Source: Eledone cirrhosa
Taxonomy: Eukaryota
Assembly (NCBI GenBank): GCA_964016885.1
Contig: OZ024742.1
Coordinates: 368,962,001 to 369,026,000 of the forward strand
DNA: 64,000 nt
Reading direction: 5' to 3'
The position numbers and the translations under genes are program-made. Below the pieces are notes generated by a model, which was not told the origin of the DNA, did not search any database, and saw only the letters and a program-made list of their open reading frames with translations. This document shows, piece by piece, positions 63,101 through 64,000 of this stretch (positions within the stretch are counted from its first letter, which is position 1; each line of letters opens with the position of its first letter).

Positions 63101-64000
63101 AGACAAAGCTGGTGTTTTGTATCTCACTAGTTAGTACTTAACCCTGGAGGAGCGGGGACAGCAACAGACAAAGCTGGTGTTTTGTATGTCACTAGTTAGT
63201 ACTTAACCCTGGAGGAGCGGGGACAGCAACAGACAAAGCTGGTGTTTTGTATGTCACTAGTTAGTACTTAACACTGGAGGAGCGGGGACAGCAACAGACA
63301 AAGCTGGTGTTTTGTATCTCACTAGTTAGTACTTAACCCTGGAGGAGGGGGGACAGCAATAGACAAAGCTGGTCTTTTGTATCTCACTAGTTAGTACTTA
63401 ACCCTGGAGGGGGACAGCAACAGACAAAGCTGGTGTTTTGTATCTCACTAGTTAGTACTTAAACCTGGAGGAGGGGGCACAGCAACAGACAAAGCTGGTG
63501 TTTTGTATCTCACTAGTTATTACTTAACCCTGGAGGAGGGGGGACAGCAACAGACAAAGCTGGTGTTTTGTATCTCACTAGTTAGTACTTAACCCTGTAG
63601 GAGGGGGACAGCAAGACAAAGCTGGTGTTTTGTATCTCACTAGTTAGTACTTAACCCTGGAGGAGGGGGGACAGCAACAGACATAGCTGGTGGTTTGTAT
63701 CTCACTAGTTAGTACTTAACCCTGGAGGAGAGGGGACAGCAAGACAAAGTTGGTATTTTGTATCTCACTAGTTAGTACTTAACCCTGGAGGAGGGGGGAC
63801 AGCAAGACAAAGCTGGTGTTTTGTATCTCACTAGTTAGTACTTAACCCTGGAGGAGGGGGGACAGCAAGACAAATCTGGTGTTTTGTATCTCACTAGTTA
63901 CTACTTAACCCTGGAGAAGGAGGGGACAGCAAGACAAAGCAGGTGTTTTGTATCTCACGAGTTAGTACTTAACCCTGGTGGAGGGGGACAGCAAGACAAA
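3145..64000. repeat. Large satellite array B, monomer ~61-65 bp, roughly 950 head-to-tail copies, open at the right window edge
   Basis: Consensus CCCTGGAGGAGGGGGGACAGCAA(CA)GACAAAGCTGGTGTTTTGTATCTCACTAGTTAGTACTTAA is 63 or 65 bp, and a short form is 61 bp. Orientation is single throughout and no foreign insertion was seen. Copy number is estimated as length divided by ~64. Confidence 0.99.

Noticed and set aside
3145-64000. CRISPR array (conserved ~35-bp block alternating with a variable block)
   Set aside because: The variable parts are near-identical variants of one sequence rather than unique spacers. There are no cas genes and the context is eukaryotic.
3145-64000. Firm centromere call
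   Set aside because: Higher-order structure alone does not establish centromere function. It would need CENP-A data, and no CENP-B box was seen.

Overview
Eukaryotic (animal) repeat-dominated DNA with no supportable intact protein-coding gene. It holds the end of a 78-bp tandem array (1-1106, 14 full units, truncated by the window edge) and a ~2-kb spacer. The spacer carries a decayed 3' end of an L1/Tx1-like non-LTR retrotransposon, an apparently full-length tRNA-derived SINE on the minus strand inserted in (TA)n, a second decayed tRNA-derived SINE, and two candidate minus-strand exons. The rest is a >60-kb uninterrupted head-to-tail satellite with a ~61-65-bp monomer (roughly 950 copies, 3145 to the window end). 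From memory the SINE/LINE sequences resemble cephalopod (Octopus-type) repeats; this is unverified. The most interesting observation: on the minus strand, almost every large-satellite monomer contains a perfect TACTAAC branch-point motif, a pyrimidine tract ending in CAG|G, and donor-like GTTAAGT/GTGAGA motifs, in the same orientation as the candidate exons just outside the array. Marker variants also show nested block duplications of about 0.3, 1.4, 1.7, 4.2 and 7.4 kb.
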